Origin: Octopus vulgaris
Lineage: Eukaryota
DNA: 64,000 bases
Reading direction: 5' to 3'
Assembly (NCBI GenBank): GCA_951406725.2
Contig: OX597825.1
Coordinates: 9,114,001-9,178,000, forward strand
A program made the translations under genes and the position numbers. How positions within the stretch are numbered: position 1 is the first letter of the stretch; each line of letters begins with the position of its first letter. The notes under the pieces are model-generated. The model worked only from the letters and a program-made list of their open reading frames with translations, was not told where the DNA came from and did no database searches. Shown one piece after another: positions 14,385-28,200 of this stretch.

Positions 14385-14908
14385 TCATCATCATCATTGT
14401 TCGACCGTAGTCGAGACAATGGAATTTACCACGCTACGCCAGACTTCACGGTCCACCATGGCATTACGGAGGTCCTGTTGCTGGATGCCTGTATCCCTGG
14501 AGATAACATCAGGGTAGGAGAGTGTGCACCCTCTGGTATTGCGAGTAGATGGCTTCCAGCGGAGGAGAGTAGAAATTACCTCTTTGTCAGCTCTACAACA
14601 ATGTCCAGCAAACTGGACTCTCCTACCTTTCACAAGAGATGACACAGGTGGTAGTTTCCCATATATTTGCATTTTGGTTGGATGGCGCTTCCACGAGAGA
14701 TTTTGAGCTCTCATAAGGAAGCGAGTGTAGGTTCCATTCAACCGCCTCTCAAGCTTCTTTGATACCGTCCAGGTTTCTGAGCCATATAATAGAATTGGTT
14801 CGACTGTGGCTTTGAAGATTTCAAGTTTGAAGTCTCTATTTAGATTTGATGACCAGATCTTATGCATGTCATTACAGACTGACCAGGCCATACCCTTTCT
14901 AGTTAGAA
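14385..14908 (-). mobile_element. 5'-truncated RTE-clade LINE (region C-terminal to the RT core)
   Basis: ORF 14394-14891 has KLEIFKATVEPILLYGSETW...SWKRH...RRVQFAGHC...DREVWR, typical of RTE. (TGA)n tail; TSD AAGAAGGAA at 14376-14384 and 14909-14917. Confidence 0.9.
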
Positions 14909-15239
14909 AAGAAGGAAGACAACTCTAACAGACGGCAATTCATAGAAAGGTAAAGATTAAAACTGTGAATAGTAAATGGACGATGAAAATACAACTGAAT
15001 CTATTGTTGAGTAAAGTTTATAATGTTAGATCCTATATACAAGAGGTGTCATCGCATGTGATATTCTTTCGATATTATTTTGGTTTACACGTTCGCAATG
15101 ATTAATTTTATGTCGTGAAAACACTCACGTATAAACAGATCTATGACACACACAACGTACGTACGTTTGTATGTGTGCGTGTATGTATGTGTGATTTTAT
15201 GTATGTATGATTTTATGACTCGTGCTAATAAATTTTTTA

Positions 15240-15305
15240 ACGGCGGTGCCCCAGCATGGCCACAACTCATGAGCTGAAACTAGATAAAATAAAATAAAAA
15301 ATAAA
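15240..15305 (+). mobile_element. SINE-B 3' tail fragment
   Basis: GGCGGTGCCCCAGCATGGCCACA...CTGAAACTAGATAAAAT matches the tail of 22478-22881. Confidence 0.65.
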
Positions 15306-15809
15306 AAATATAAAAGTGCATATAGCTGCAGCAATCCCTTAGTATATTTACTAATGAACATCAAACTTCAGTCGCAGTGATATTTTTTTAAAGCTTGAAA
15401 AATATTTTGTGAATTTAAGAGAGAAATATATATAGACATTGACGTATATGCGTGTATGCGGCCGTGCGCCTGTGTTTGTGTGGGTGGTGAATGCATGTGT
15501 GTTTGGATATAAATCTAAGCTTATATGTGTATATGTATGCATGTATATATGTATGCATATATATACGCGTATGGATGTATATTTATATATGCATCTACGT
15601 TTGTATTCTCAAGCAAATACAAAAAAGGGGAACGAAGAAGGAGAACAAAATTACGAATAAAAGAATGTTTTAAAATCGTTGTAATTATGCATATGTTTTG
15701 AAACGGGTATTTTCCCAGATTTGGGGAATACAGGCTTCCATACATGCATTTCCCAAGCCCACATGCAGTGACACTCACACATTCACACATGCAGGCATAC
15801 ATCATGCCT

Positions 15810-16025
15810 CTATCTATGTATCCATCTATTTATTTATCTCTATCTACAATATATATATATATAAGTATATATATATAAGCATATATGTATGTATGTATGT
15901 ATGTATGTATATATATATATATTTATATATACATATATATAAATGCACACACACACAGAGTCATATACATGTTTGTTTCGGCGAGTGTGTGTGTGTGTAT
16001 GGATGCGTGTGTGTTTGTGTGCTTG
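15810..16025. repeat. Compound TA/TATG/TG microsatellite
   Basis: Direct inspection. Confidence 0.85.
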
Positions 16026-16477
16026 TAATGAAGAGCAGAGATGGGGAATGAGAGGAAGAAAGAGATTGCGTAAGAAATAGTAAATAAGGCATTTCAAAAA
16101 TGTCTCAATCGTACATGTGTTTATAAAGGCGCATTTTCCCACATTTTGGCAATGTTTACATACACGAACAATAAGCACACATACTGCAAAATGAATCGCA
16201 TGTCACAAATGCGTAATAGAGTATAAATGTATCTCTTGCGTTCGGTTTCACTTTAACAGTAGTCTCAATTTTGAGTGGGTGTGAATATACTTCTGACGTT
16301 ATACAGGGTTTCATATAATTGACAGTATTAATTTTAATAAATTTTCATTCATAAGTGCATTGGCGTAAGTGCCATCATTTTCGTAACAATCTTCGCCATC
16401 ACAATGAATTTTGGTCTTATTCTGTTCTAGTAAGGTTGCTTTTGTCAGCATGTGATACATATATACATTACCATTCT

Positions 16478-16507
16478 AACACACACACACATATTTATAC
16501 GTATATA

Positions 16508-16546
<39 letters not shown>

Positions 16547-16636
16547 GTGTGCATATACATATATATGTACATATACATGTGCATATACATATATATGTAC
16601 ATATACATACATACATATATATATATATATACATAC
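16478..16636. repeat. (TA)n-rich microsatellite
   Basis: Direct inspection. Confidence 0.9.
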
Positions 16637-17123
16637 TATTTGCGATGTTCCACATTCCTCAAAATATATAATTTGAAAATCTTACAAGTGGGAAACCGGT
16701 TAAGTGTACTAGTTTTAATTCAAATAAATCTTCATTTTCATATATGCTCTCTGTGCATTTTCAACATAATTTTTTTCAATAGTTCTATTTGAGTGGATTA
16801 TTAACGGTATCTATAGAATTATGTGTTTGCGTGTGTATGTGTGCACGAGCACGAGCGCGTGTGTTTGCGAGAGAGAGTATTTTATATGTGTACGCCTGAA
16901 TGTATGCCTGCATACGTGTTTGAAACTGATTCAGTATTTATGTTGAGTAATTCTGTTATATGTACCGTAGTGTTCCCATCCTTGTCTCCTTTTTTTGTTG
17001 GTGCAGTAAATATAATGTCATAATTTACAGACCAGTGAACGTCTTCACGTAAATTTACTCCGTATATTCTAGCTTCGGCTTAAAAGTATGCACGGAATTA
17101 AAATACAATAGGGACGTCCATAT

Positions 17124-17266
17124 ATCATCATCATCATCATCATCATCATCATTATTGTCGTCATCATCATCATCATCATCATCATCATGATCATCATCAA
17201 CATCATGATCATCATCATCATCATCAACATCATCATCATCATCATCATTATTATTTGTAGTAGTAG

Positions 17267-17299
<33 letters not shown>

Positions 17300-17348
17300 C
17301 AGTAACAGTAGTAGTAGTAGCAGTAACAGTAGTAGTAGAAGTAGTAGC

Positions 17349-17405
<57 letters not shown>
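17124..17405. repeat. (CAT)n followed by (TAG)n microsatellite
   Basis: Direct inspection. Confidence 0.95.
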
Positions 17406-17880
17406 CTTATTACTCTTATCGTCTTATCTATTATTATTGATCACTTTTCATATAATAGATTTAAAATTAACAACTAAAAACCGTTTTACCTACTTTTACT
17501 AATATATATATATATATTTTATGCAAAGGAGTGTTTACCAAATTAGTGATATTTAATGAATCGTGTTGTTTAAAAACGAACTCATCAATATTTGCGTGAT
17601 ATTTTTCTCGACGTTTAATGACTAACCGTCTGATCTGTCTTTAATTCTAAATAGATGTACATGGATTTCAGTATAAGCTTTCTAATTGTTCGAAATAAAC
17701 GCGCAAATTTATGTCCTTTGATAAAACAGATTGCTGATTATCCTGGAAACATTAAACAATTTTAGCGCATTACACATGCTTACACATACGCGAGTTCACG
17801 GATGCATACTCACACAAACACGCACATTCACTCACTCACACGCAGAGACACGGACACCCACACCTGTATTGTAGTATGTA

Positions 17881-18099
17881 GGCGGCGAGCTGGTAGACTC
17901 GTTAGCACGCCGGGCGAAATGCGTAGCCGTATTTCGTCTGCCGTTACATTCTGAGTTCAAATTCCGCCGAGGTCGACTTTGCCTTTCATCCTTTCGGGGT
18001 CGATAAATTAAGTACCAGGTACGCCCTGGGGTCGATGTAATCGACATAATCCGTTTGTCCCCTCTGTGTTTAGCACCTTGTGGGCAGTAGTGAAATATA
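17881..18099 (+). mobile_element. Full-length SINE-A with 14-bp TSD
   Basis: A box TGGTAGACTCGTT, B box GAGTTCAAATTCC; TSD TATTGTAGTATGTA at 17867-17880 and 18100-18113. Confidence 0.93.
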
Positions 18100-19472
18100 T
18101 ATTGTAGTATGTACGCATGTACGTATGCGTGCGTACATGCGTGTGCATGTACATATGTAAAGAGAGCTTGTGGTGTACTGGTGTGCGTGGGTATTTTGTA
18201 CAATTGGCAGCTCGTATGTTTCATTCTAGATGCGCTCTGGTCTTCAGTAATGTGGCTCTTTTCAAACTACTTCAGTCCGCTCAGCTGAAAATGGCTATCA
18301 GCTCACTTAACCTATGACAGACTAATATCCTGTGAGGGGCTCATATACTGTAATTGCCACAGAAACTGAACTATGCTCGTCATTAATGAGATCCTTGTCT
18401 CTTACGTGACACATATTCAAACCAAATTTGTTGTGAAGTAACAATGAAAAATGAGATTACTTCTTCCTCAGGCAGAAGGAGAAAAAAGTCCAGGATTCAC
18501 CTTATAACGTTTCTTGTTCCTAAATCACGGTCTCTAAAATAGTTTCAGTAACTTTTCTCTTCACACACTTTCGGTGCTTCTTGCAGATGCTATAAACATA
18601 GAGGATAATCTTGATAACACACACGCACAAATGATCTAGAAGTTTTCCAATGTAATGCTAACCCTGGTTATTCATTCATGAGCATGTGTCTAGTTTTGCA
18701 TCTAGGAGTCTGGTACTGTGTCCTATTAAGATCTATTATTATGAGAAAGAATTATCTTGGCAAATATCAGAATTAAAAAATGTTCCTGTTACATCAATTT
18801 ATATATCAAAATTCCAAGACAAATAGAGTTTCAAGAACAGCAAAAAGATCTTGAAACCATAAGCTTCTGCGTTCTCTATTCTCTGTTGTATAGCTTGAAT
18901 AATGAACGCACATAACCTTGCAATAGAATATGTCTATTTGCCCGCCCTAACTACGTTGGTGTTGTTTATGTTTTACTTTATTACTGCGTGATAACAGTAA
19001 TTAATGCCGAAATAACACATAAACTCCATTTTCTGGAACTTTCCACCGTTAACTTGTTTTTATTGCCTTATTTTAATGCCGAAACCACAATGCTTCCATT
19101 AAACTACAAGTTCTGAAGTTTTATATGCGTAGATGTTAGGATTAACCACTTAGGTGTCGCGCCAGTTTCACTACACGTTATTTCACTGTACAACGGATTT
19201 ACGAAAATCCATTTATAAAGCATGAGTTCTTTTGTGACGAAATATTTTCTCTTCTTTTTTTTTTTGTCAGTCGAAACTTTTGCTGTAGGTATGCTAGAGG
19301 TTTTGTACAAAATATGTGTTTTATTAAGTGAAAAACACTGTATTGAAGTCGCTACTATAAAATAAACCCCTTTTCTATATATATATATATTGATCAAATT
19401 TAGTGAACGGGAAAAACAATATTTGTTTCTTTTTACACAAAAGTCATATGTAGACACACCAACAAGGGAATA

Positions 19473-19525
19473 ACTACTATTACTAGTATTATTAATAACT
19501 ACTACTACTACTATTACTACTACTG

Positions 19526-19567
<42 letters not shown>

Positions 19568-19592
19568 GTAGTAGTAGTTGTAGTAGTAGTTA
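19473..19592. repeat. (TAC)n/(TAG)n microsatellite
   Basis: Direct inspection. Confidence 0.9.
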
Positions 19593-19954
19593 ATGATAGT
19601 TGTGGTCGATCCTTTCTTTTACGCAATAATCCATATAATTAAATCCGCCCTCTAAAATGCACTCGACCATGATTAATAGCAATGGTTAAACGGTAAAACT
19701 AGGAATAACTCTTCAAATGGTCTACAAGTACAAAGATCCTGTCCCGTATCATTCTTTACTAATTATAAACGTGTGCATATCTGTGTATGCATGCATATAT
19801 TTATGTGTATATATAGACGGATTGATCGATATGGATTGATAACTACTAGCTGCAATGCTGCCTCCCACTTCGCTCTATAGGAAGGTCGTTATTTTGAAGA
19901 ATCTGAAAGGAATGGAGAGATGACACTGTATATAAATGTAGTAACGGGCATAAG

Positions 19955-20210
19955 TGGAGGCCCGTGGCTTAGTGGTTAGGGTGTCAGCATCATGATCGTA
20001 AAATCGTGATTTCGATTCCTGGACCGAGCGACGCGTTGTGTTCTTGAGGCAAACGCTTCATTTCACGTTGCTCCAGTCCACTCAGCTGGCAAAAATGCGT
20101 AACGCTGCGATGGACTGGTGTCTTGCCCACCTGGGAAACACATGCGCCATTGAAACCGGGAAACCGGGCCCATGAGCCTGGCTAGGCTTTAACAGGGCTC
20201 ATTTATTTTT
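19955..20210 (+). mobile_element. tRNA-derived SINE with CORE-like central domain (family D)
   Basis: TGGCTTAGTGG A box, TTTCGATTCC B box, GTTGTGTTCTTGAGGCAAACGCTTCATTTCAC body; GGGCATAA at 19946-19953 and 20219-20226 may be a TSD. Confidence 0.85.
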
Positions 20211-21278
20211 TAACTATTGGGCATAAAGAGAATTTGTCATATGAAGATCTGTCACGTCATAATTTTACTTCGTCATCTTGATCCTTAGTATTGTTGGTCT
20301 GAGAAGTGTAAAAGTTCAGCTGATCTTGCCGAGTCAAAAACTCCACGTTTTTCAGTTTCTTACTTCTGATCATGTATTTCTATCATTCTATCTTCATAGA
20401 GATATGTACGATTTCTTCTAATAGCGTTTCAATAAATAAATATATTATTTTATAGTTCGTAAGTTTGATGAATGGGCTTTTCGAAGGTGTAACTACGACC
20501 TCGTAATGTTCCATTGATTTCCTCTAGACTGGAAGGATTTAATCAATAAAATGATTAATATTGCGAGGCTTCTCTTTTCCCAAATGATAAACTGTAGCGT
20601 ATGTAAAAATTTCAATCAGTCGCAAACTTTAAATACTCTCATTGCATGCCATTGAGTTCCGGAATAGTTTTTAAATAGTGCCCGCATCAATATCCCACTT
20701 CTTTGCCCTTTGTACATTAAAATCCCTTCCCTACACTTTAGTTCGCATTTTGGTGGCCACAAAGATTCAAGAGAGATTTAAGCTCATAAAAAGCGGGACG
20801 TACGGGCGTCCCATAAAGGTGGACCAATGTAGAATAGAAATATACTTGTGTTTACATTCACGCCGAATTAATTCCATTTGTTGAGGGTTGACATCAAAGG
20901 GTGAGACAATCACCAAAGAAGGTATGGAAACATTTATAAGTAACCAAAGTAAGATACGTTAGCATAAATGTTTGCTCCTCACGTTTGTACATTCCGGCAT
21001 GAAACGTAATAATATTTCTACCCTAACGACGAAGGATCTAATTATCCAATATTTATTTACATCTATTACTGACTGGATAATTTGTTGAACTACATCTATC
21101 AACATTGCGATTGATATCCATATCTTTAGAAACACCTGTTGGACTTGTAACAACTTACCTGCTACACTTTAATTTTCTTGCTCGATTTTACTCTGTCTAA
21201 AGTTAATCAATTACTACCTATATATTTATACTTAAAAATTCATCGTCTGAAAATCTCCAGTCTTTGCTTTATTTCAGT

Positions 21279-21502
<224 letters not shown>

Positions 21503-22236
21503 AACACAAGGTGTTATATTTAAGTGTTTATCCGCATAATTGCATTCATGTCTGCTCACCTAGTTTTTTTCTTGTAGTCACACTTTACCCCGCAGTATTG
21601 GTCCTTTGTAAAAACGTCGGAGTCTAAGTGCGAATTGTTTGGGTGTCAGTACAGATATATATATGGCTGCGCCTGTGTGTACACTCACAGGCACAAATAC
21701 ATATAGTTATACACATCCACAGCTATGGCATATCAATATATGCAGCGAGTGATGCAGGTGCTTACAGACATACATATCAATATATACATACCTATTTGTG
21801 TGTGTTTGTATCTGTCAGTGTGTACGTGTGATTATACTAGACATATATAAAAAACCCACATACTACCAGGGAACACATCTATCTATACATCCCAACATCC
21901 CAAAGCTGAAGCATTTATATTAGGTATTCAATAAAAAAAATTATATTGAAAGAATTCCGACGCTGCTCTCACACAAGCGCAGGAATGATAATTAATAGAG
22001 AAATACATTAATCCCGGGGCAAGCACTTGATTAGATTATCAACAGGCACTCCTTAAACATATCTTTTCAATCGCTTGACTGTGCTATATTGAAATCTTAC
22101 GATTTCAAATATCAGATTTTTTTCTACTTGCCTGAAGTCAATAAGAGGCTGATACAGGTGTGAAAACTTTCATTTAATCATTTAAGATTTGTTACATACA
22201 AACATACATCAACACAATACATATGAGTACATATAA

Positions 22237-22476
<240 letters not shown>

Positions 22477-22477
22477 A

Positions 22478-22881
22478 GGCGCAGGAGTGGCTGTGTGGTA
22501 AGTAGCTTGCTTGCTAACCAACCACATGGTTCCGGGTTCAGTCCCACTGCGTGGCATCTTGGCCAAGTGTCTTCTTCTATAGCCCCGGGCCGTCCAATGC
22601 CTCGTGAGCGGATTTGGTAGACGGAAACTGAAAGAAGCCTGTCGTATATATGTATATATATATGTATGTGTGTGTGTGTCTGTGTTTGTTCCCCTAGCAT
22701 TGCTTGACAACCGATGCTAGTGTGTTTACGTTCCCGTCACTTAGTGGTTCGGCAAAAGAGACCGCTAGAATAAGTACTGGGCTTACAAAGAATAAGTCCC
22801 GGGGTCGATTTGCTCGACTAAAGGCGGTGCTCCAGCATGGCCGCAGTCAAATGACTGAAACAAGTAAAAGAGTAAAAGAGT
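22478..22881 (+). mobile_element. Full-length SINE-B (tRNA head, CORE-like segment, internal TA/TG tract, AAGAGT tail)
   Basis: TGGCTGTGTGG A box, GGTTCAGTCCC B box, CTTGGCCAAGTGTCTT, tail GCTCCAGCATGGCCGCAGTC...AGTAAAAGAGT; homologues at 25008, 38788, 53228 and 54699. Confidence 0.9.
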
Positions 22882-22889
22882 GTACATAG

Positions 22890-22966
<77 letters not shown>

Positions 22967-22984
22967 TATACACATATATATGTG

Positions 22985-23143
22985 GATTTGAAGCAGCTGA
23001 AAGTTCAACAAAACCTGTTACTCTGAGTTTCCCGTTGCCGTTCATCGGACAGTTTTTGCTAGAATCTAGCAAAAGCTGTCCGATGAACGGCAACGGGAAA
23101 CTCAGAGTAACAGGTTTTGTTGAATTTTCTGCTGCTTTAAATC
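22985..23143. repeat. Fold-back inverted repeat, 79-bp arms (PLE-like terminal hairpin)
   Basis: Arms 22985-23063 and 23065-23143 are reverse complements with about 4 mismatches; lies right after a (TA)n tract. Confidence 0.95.
23071..23118 (+). ncRNA. Minimal type-I hammerhead ribozyme motif (U4C variant)
   Basis: Stem I AAAAGCTGT/ACAGGTTTT; core CCGATGA; stem II CG-GCAA-CG; GAAA; stem III ACTC-A-GAGT; GUA cleavage triplet. A mirror copy lies on the minus strand in the left arm. Confidence 0.7.
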
Positions 23144-23236
23144 AATCATATTACTCTACCACTGTTATTTGAGTACTCTTTTTTCCACCTTGTTTCACAT
23201 TTATGTGTTTACTCCGTTATAGATATGTGTATATAT

Positions 23237-23520
23237 GGTACTTATTTCCCGGACCCTGAAAGGATAAAAGGCAAAGTCGACCTCGACGGAATTTGAACTC
23301 AGAACATAACGACGGACGAACTGCCGGTAAGCATTTGGCGTGGTGTGCTAATGATTCTGTTAGCCTTAATAATAATAATTAATATCATTTCAAACTTTTA
23401 CCACGAAGACAGCTTGTGAGAGGTGGGGATGAGTCGATTATATCGATCCCAATGTTCAACTAGTGATTTTTTTAACGACCCCTTGACCATGAATGATAAA
23501 GTCGACACCGGCGGAATTCC
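23237..23520 (-). mobile_element. Two partial or degenerate SINE-A copies
   Basis: GGCAAAGTCGACCTCGACGGAATTTGAACTCAGAAC (23237-23368) and AAAGTCGACACCGGCGGAATT (about 23380-23520). Confidence 0.7.
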
Positions 23521-23976
23521 TAGTAGTTATATACATATAGAGAAACATATACGGGATCTCCTATCCGTAATACATCGGGCAAAAATTAAAGATCATATTG
23601 CTGGGATGAAATTGTAATTAATAGTTTATAGAATCTACAAATTATAAATCATCGTGCGTTCGCAAGCTAATGTGTGTCGGCAGGTATTGATGTCTTCATT
23701 GACGCCCACCAGAAAAAAGACATGATTTTGCTATCTGTTCATACGTGTATTGTGATATCACTTAATAGATATGCATTTACTTATTCATGTATATGCAAGC
23801 CCCGTTTTGTCGATAAATAATTATATCTTTAAAGTAGTACGCCTAAACGAATATATATCCTCGCATATAATCTATCATTCATTGCGCGTATATGTTGACA
23901 TGGAGTCGACTCTTGCTTTAAGTAGGCTTAACTCATTTGCCCTCAGATATATGTACGCAATGCTATGCATTCTTAA

Positions 23977-23978
<2 letters not shown>

Positions 23979-24062
<84 letters not shown>

Positions 24063-24072
24063 ATATATATAT
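23979..24072. repeat. (TA)n microsatellite
   Basis: Direct inspection. Confidence 0.97.
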
Positions 24073-24261
24073 AGTAAAAAAATACATAATACGTTTTATT
24101 ATTTTCGTCGTCTCTATCATTAATATAATTCTGGTAAATTCTGCAATCTATAAATTACAATTTTATTCAAGTAACATCCTTTTATTCCTTTTAATCTTTG
24201 TATGAAGAAATATGAATACGAATTTCCATGAATATTTTTGTATATGAACATACCTATTTGT

Positions 24262-24347
24262 ATCTATCCTCACTCTCTCTCTCTCTATCTATCTATCTAT
24301 CTCTCTCTATCTCTCTCGGTCTTTCTCTCTCTCTCACTCTTCCTCGT

Positions 24348-24388
<41 letters not shown>

Positions 24389-24420
24389 GTCTCTCTCTCG
24401 CACTCTCTTGTCTTTTTTCT
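24262..24420. repeat. (CT)n/(CTAT)n microsatellite
   Basis: Direct inspection. Confidence 0.92.
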
Positions 24421-25007
24421 CATTCTCCACGTATGTGGACATGTACGTGTGTATTTCCCCTATATCATTAATTATCAGTAAATCTAATTTCTAATATATA
24501 TCGCCATGCAAATTAATGTCCCTTTATTGTCTACTGTGGTATATATGAGACCTGTTCAATATTTACCTAATGTCTCTGACACCTACCATTCTTGTTTCTT
24601 AATGATAATAATGAACTGTAACCCCGCCGTACGCAAATGATTCTTTCTTCTCTTCATACGCTACGGAATTTATTTTCCATAACGTCTCTCTCTAAGTTAC
24701 AGTAGATTAATTTTATGCTCAATTACCTGGCATTACTAGCAGCTCGAGGGACAATCTGCAAATATTTTTTCTACGCATGAACTTTTGCATACATTTATAT
24801 ATATAATACGAATGCAGATCTAACAGGTCGTTAACCACATATTGCCCATTGAGGGCAATCTGAGGCTAACGAGTATCTCTTAATCATGATCAAATTTACA
24901 TTATGCTCTTGGTTATTATTTAGATTTTTGTTGCTAGAGGTGACCGTGAAGCTGTAGTGGTTGTAATTCTCCAAGACACTACAAGGGGTCTGATCAGCGT
25001 CGTAGTG

Positions 25008-25130
25008 TTTACTCTTTTACTCTTTTACTTGTTTCAGTCACTTGACTGTGGCCATGCTGGAGCACCGCCTTTAATCGAGCTAATCGACAGCAGGAATTAT
25101 TCTTTGTAAGCCGAGTACTTACTCTATCGG
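25008..25130 (-). mobile_element. SINE-B 3' fragment
   Basis: TTACTCTTTTACTTGTTTCAGTCACTTGACTGTGGCCATGCTGGAGCACCGCC. Confidence 0.85.
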
Positions 25131-25142
25131 TGAAAAAAAGCG

Positions 25143-25214
25143 TTCCCATGCCGGGTATCGGGCCCATGCCGCCTGGGTAAAAGCCAGGAATCCTAACCAC
25201 TAGACCAAATGTGT
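25143..25214 (-). pseudogene. tRNA-Glu(TTC)-derived pseudogene; anticodon now reads TTT
   Basis: Minus strand ACACATTTGGTCTAGTGGTTAGGATTCCTGGCTTTTACCCAGGCGGCATGGGCCCGATACCCGGCATGGGAA aligns over 72 nt with the metazoan tRNA-Glu consensus. The T-loop (GCCCGA) and 5' acceptor strand are damaged; T7 follows 3 nt downstream. Confidence 0.85.
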
Positions 25215-25925
25215 GTTCAAGGAATCTATATTACCTTGCGTGAGAAGAGTTCTTTATCATGGGAAACCACATTGTTGTAGGATCCGTTAACCATGTCATG
25301 AATGTGTGATAGTCTAGTGTCTTTAGCTTCAACTTGGAATTTAGAGCTTATATTGTAGTTTCTTCTGCGACAACAGACTCACTGCCTCATTCCATCTTGC
25401 GATCCTTAGGGGCGGACTTAGCATACAGATGCTGCTCTCTGATCCATCCATAAGAAACCTTTTTGTAAAGAAATTACACCACAAACACCAATGAGTTGTG
25501 CACACCGCTCCGATCAGCTATCAACTACTTTAGTAGTTAATAAGGGTGTCTGCACTGCATTAATGAGGCCTGTTGTTAATAAGATACGGAGCTACTTATC
25601 TCTTCAATCTCTGATGATCCTGCTTCAGCTATTTTACTCCCTTTATTCCTGTATCTCATGTAATTAAAATCGCTTACTTCAGAGGGCCTTGAGGTTATAT
25701 AAGGTTTTTCGGCGAAACTGGAAGACCAATCAGCTTGTTGCTCTTTGCAGCATTCAAACGAGTTGATTTCGACATGGACTGTCATGGAAAGATGGCGTGC
25801 TACATGACAATAATCTAGTAGTTGTCGATATGGTAACTGGGTTTGACTTAAAGATTGGTTTAATAGGAGGAATCGATGAAACAATTATTTAACTTAGCAA
25901 TAAACGCGATTTGGTAACTCAATAG

Positions 25926-26250
<325 letters not shown>

Positions 26251-26865
26251 AAGGCGGTAACTTAATAGAGTTATAAATAAAAGATATGGTGAGAATATAT
26301 TAACTTAATTCCGATGCCCCCGGTTTCGTACACTAACTCTCAGGCACACTTATATCCAGCAATAAACGTTTATATGACAAAATATATTAAGTACTCCCTC
26401 ATTGACAGCCTCTCACTCCTCAACCTCCAAGATATACATTTCTCATTGACATTATTGGCTTTTATGGTTCATATATTATGTTTTACTTTTTCTGCCTCTA
26501 AGCGATCTTGTATATTTATGATACAATATCCTCATACAAGCGCAAGCTCGCACACACACAAACACACACACAGGCACATGTATAATTTAAATAAAAATGA
26601 GATAAGAGAATTAACTCAGAGTGCCATATGTATGTGAGTGCGCACACGCTGGGTGTGTGGGTGTGTATGTGTGTTTGTGTGTGCGTGTATGTATATGTAT
26701 GAATGATATTGTATATAATGAGAAATAAATAGATGCAAAGAAATGTGTTTTTGCTTTTATTCCTTGTATTAATTCCAGCCTTAGGGCAACGATCATACTG
26801 GAGCACCAGGTATGTATTTCGTATCATATACATGTATGTATATGAATTGATATATTCCGATATAT

Positions 26866-26945
<80 letters not shown>

Positions 26946-27000
26946 TATGAGCATATGTATGAATATATAAATATACATTAATATATGTGCATATGTATGT

Positions 27001-27069
<69 letters not shown>
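26866..27069. repeat. (TA)n/(TG)n microsatellite
   Basis: Direct inspection. Confidence 0.95.
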
Positions 27070-27070
<1 letters not shown>

Positions 27071-27331
27071 TTCACTCGATGCTATAAAGTTGCGTACACT
27101 GCGAACATTCATTGGAATAAAATACAATTACGAGTGAAATATTTCGCATAATTTTATTGACTCCGAACTTTGGTGCTTCCAGCAGAAAGTAGGGTTATAT
27201 ATCTTAGTAGCTAACACTAAACACATACATAATGAAACAAATGAATGAGGTATTTAATAATACACTCACAGAGGAAGTGTCGGAGTTTACCCCGCTAGTA
27301 TATTGGCAATAATCTTCACAACAATGAAGTG

Positions 27332-27357
27332 ACAACAACAACAATAATAATAATAAC

Positions 27358-27389
<32 letters not shown>

Positions 27390-27474
27390 TAATAAAAATA
27401 ATAATAATAATGACAATAATAATGATAATAAAAATAATAATAATACTGATAATAATAATAATAATAATAATATA

Positions 27475-27521
<47 letters not shown>

Positions 27522-27549
27522 TTATAATTATAATAATATTAATAATAGC

Positions 27550-27586
<37 letters not shown>

Positions 27587-27601
27587 GTGATGATGATGAT
27601 A
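27332..27601. repeat. (AAT)n microsatellite
   Basis: Direct inspection. Confidence 0.97.
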
Positions 27602-27828
27602 AAATGGCCACAACAACACGTGCGTAAAAATGTAAACACGTGGATTGCACTATTTCTTTACGAAAACTGTAAATTTGTGAGTAGAATATTGAATTCAATA
27701 TCTTAATTACATATACATCCATATTTATACGCGACCTTTCCCTCTCCCTCTCTCTCTCTGTATATATATATATATATATACATACATATATATACATATG
27801 TGTGTGTGTGTGTGTGTGTATGTACATG

Positions 27829-27889
<61 letters not shown>

Positions 27890-27917
27890 GGGTGTGTGTG
27901 TGATTGTGTATAGAAGA

Positions 27918-28200
27918 ATATATTAATAAAAGGAATTCCAACCTTCAGTCATGTAGTAGTGGTGACAGGCACAGATTCAATCATCTCGCTACAGTCAAAA
28001 ATTGTAAAGCATGACTGTCACCACTACTACATGAACCTGAAGATTGCAGAATTTAATGCATGAAAGTACTAGTTCAATCAGAATGAACATTTAAAATTCT
28101 ATTATTTTATTTTATTTTATTATATTATATTATATTATATTATATCATTATGAGATTGTAAATAAAACGTGAAAATCAGACATGGTTGGAATTCCTTTTA

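Noticed and set aside
25600-25725. CTGATGA with a distant CGAAA
   Set aside because: No compatible stems I-III or NUH site; expected by chance.
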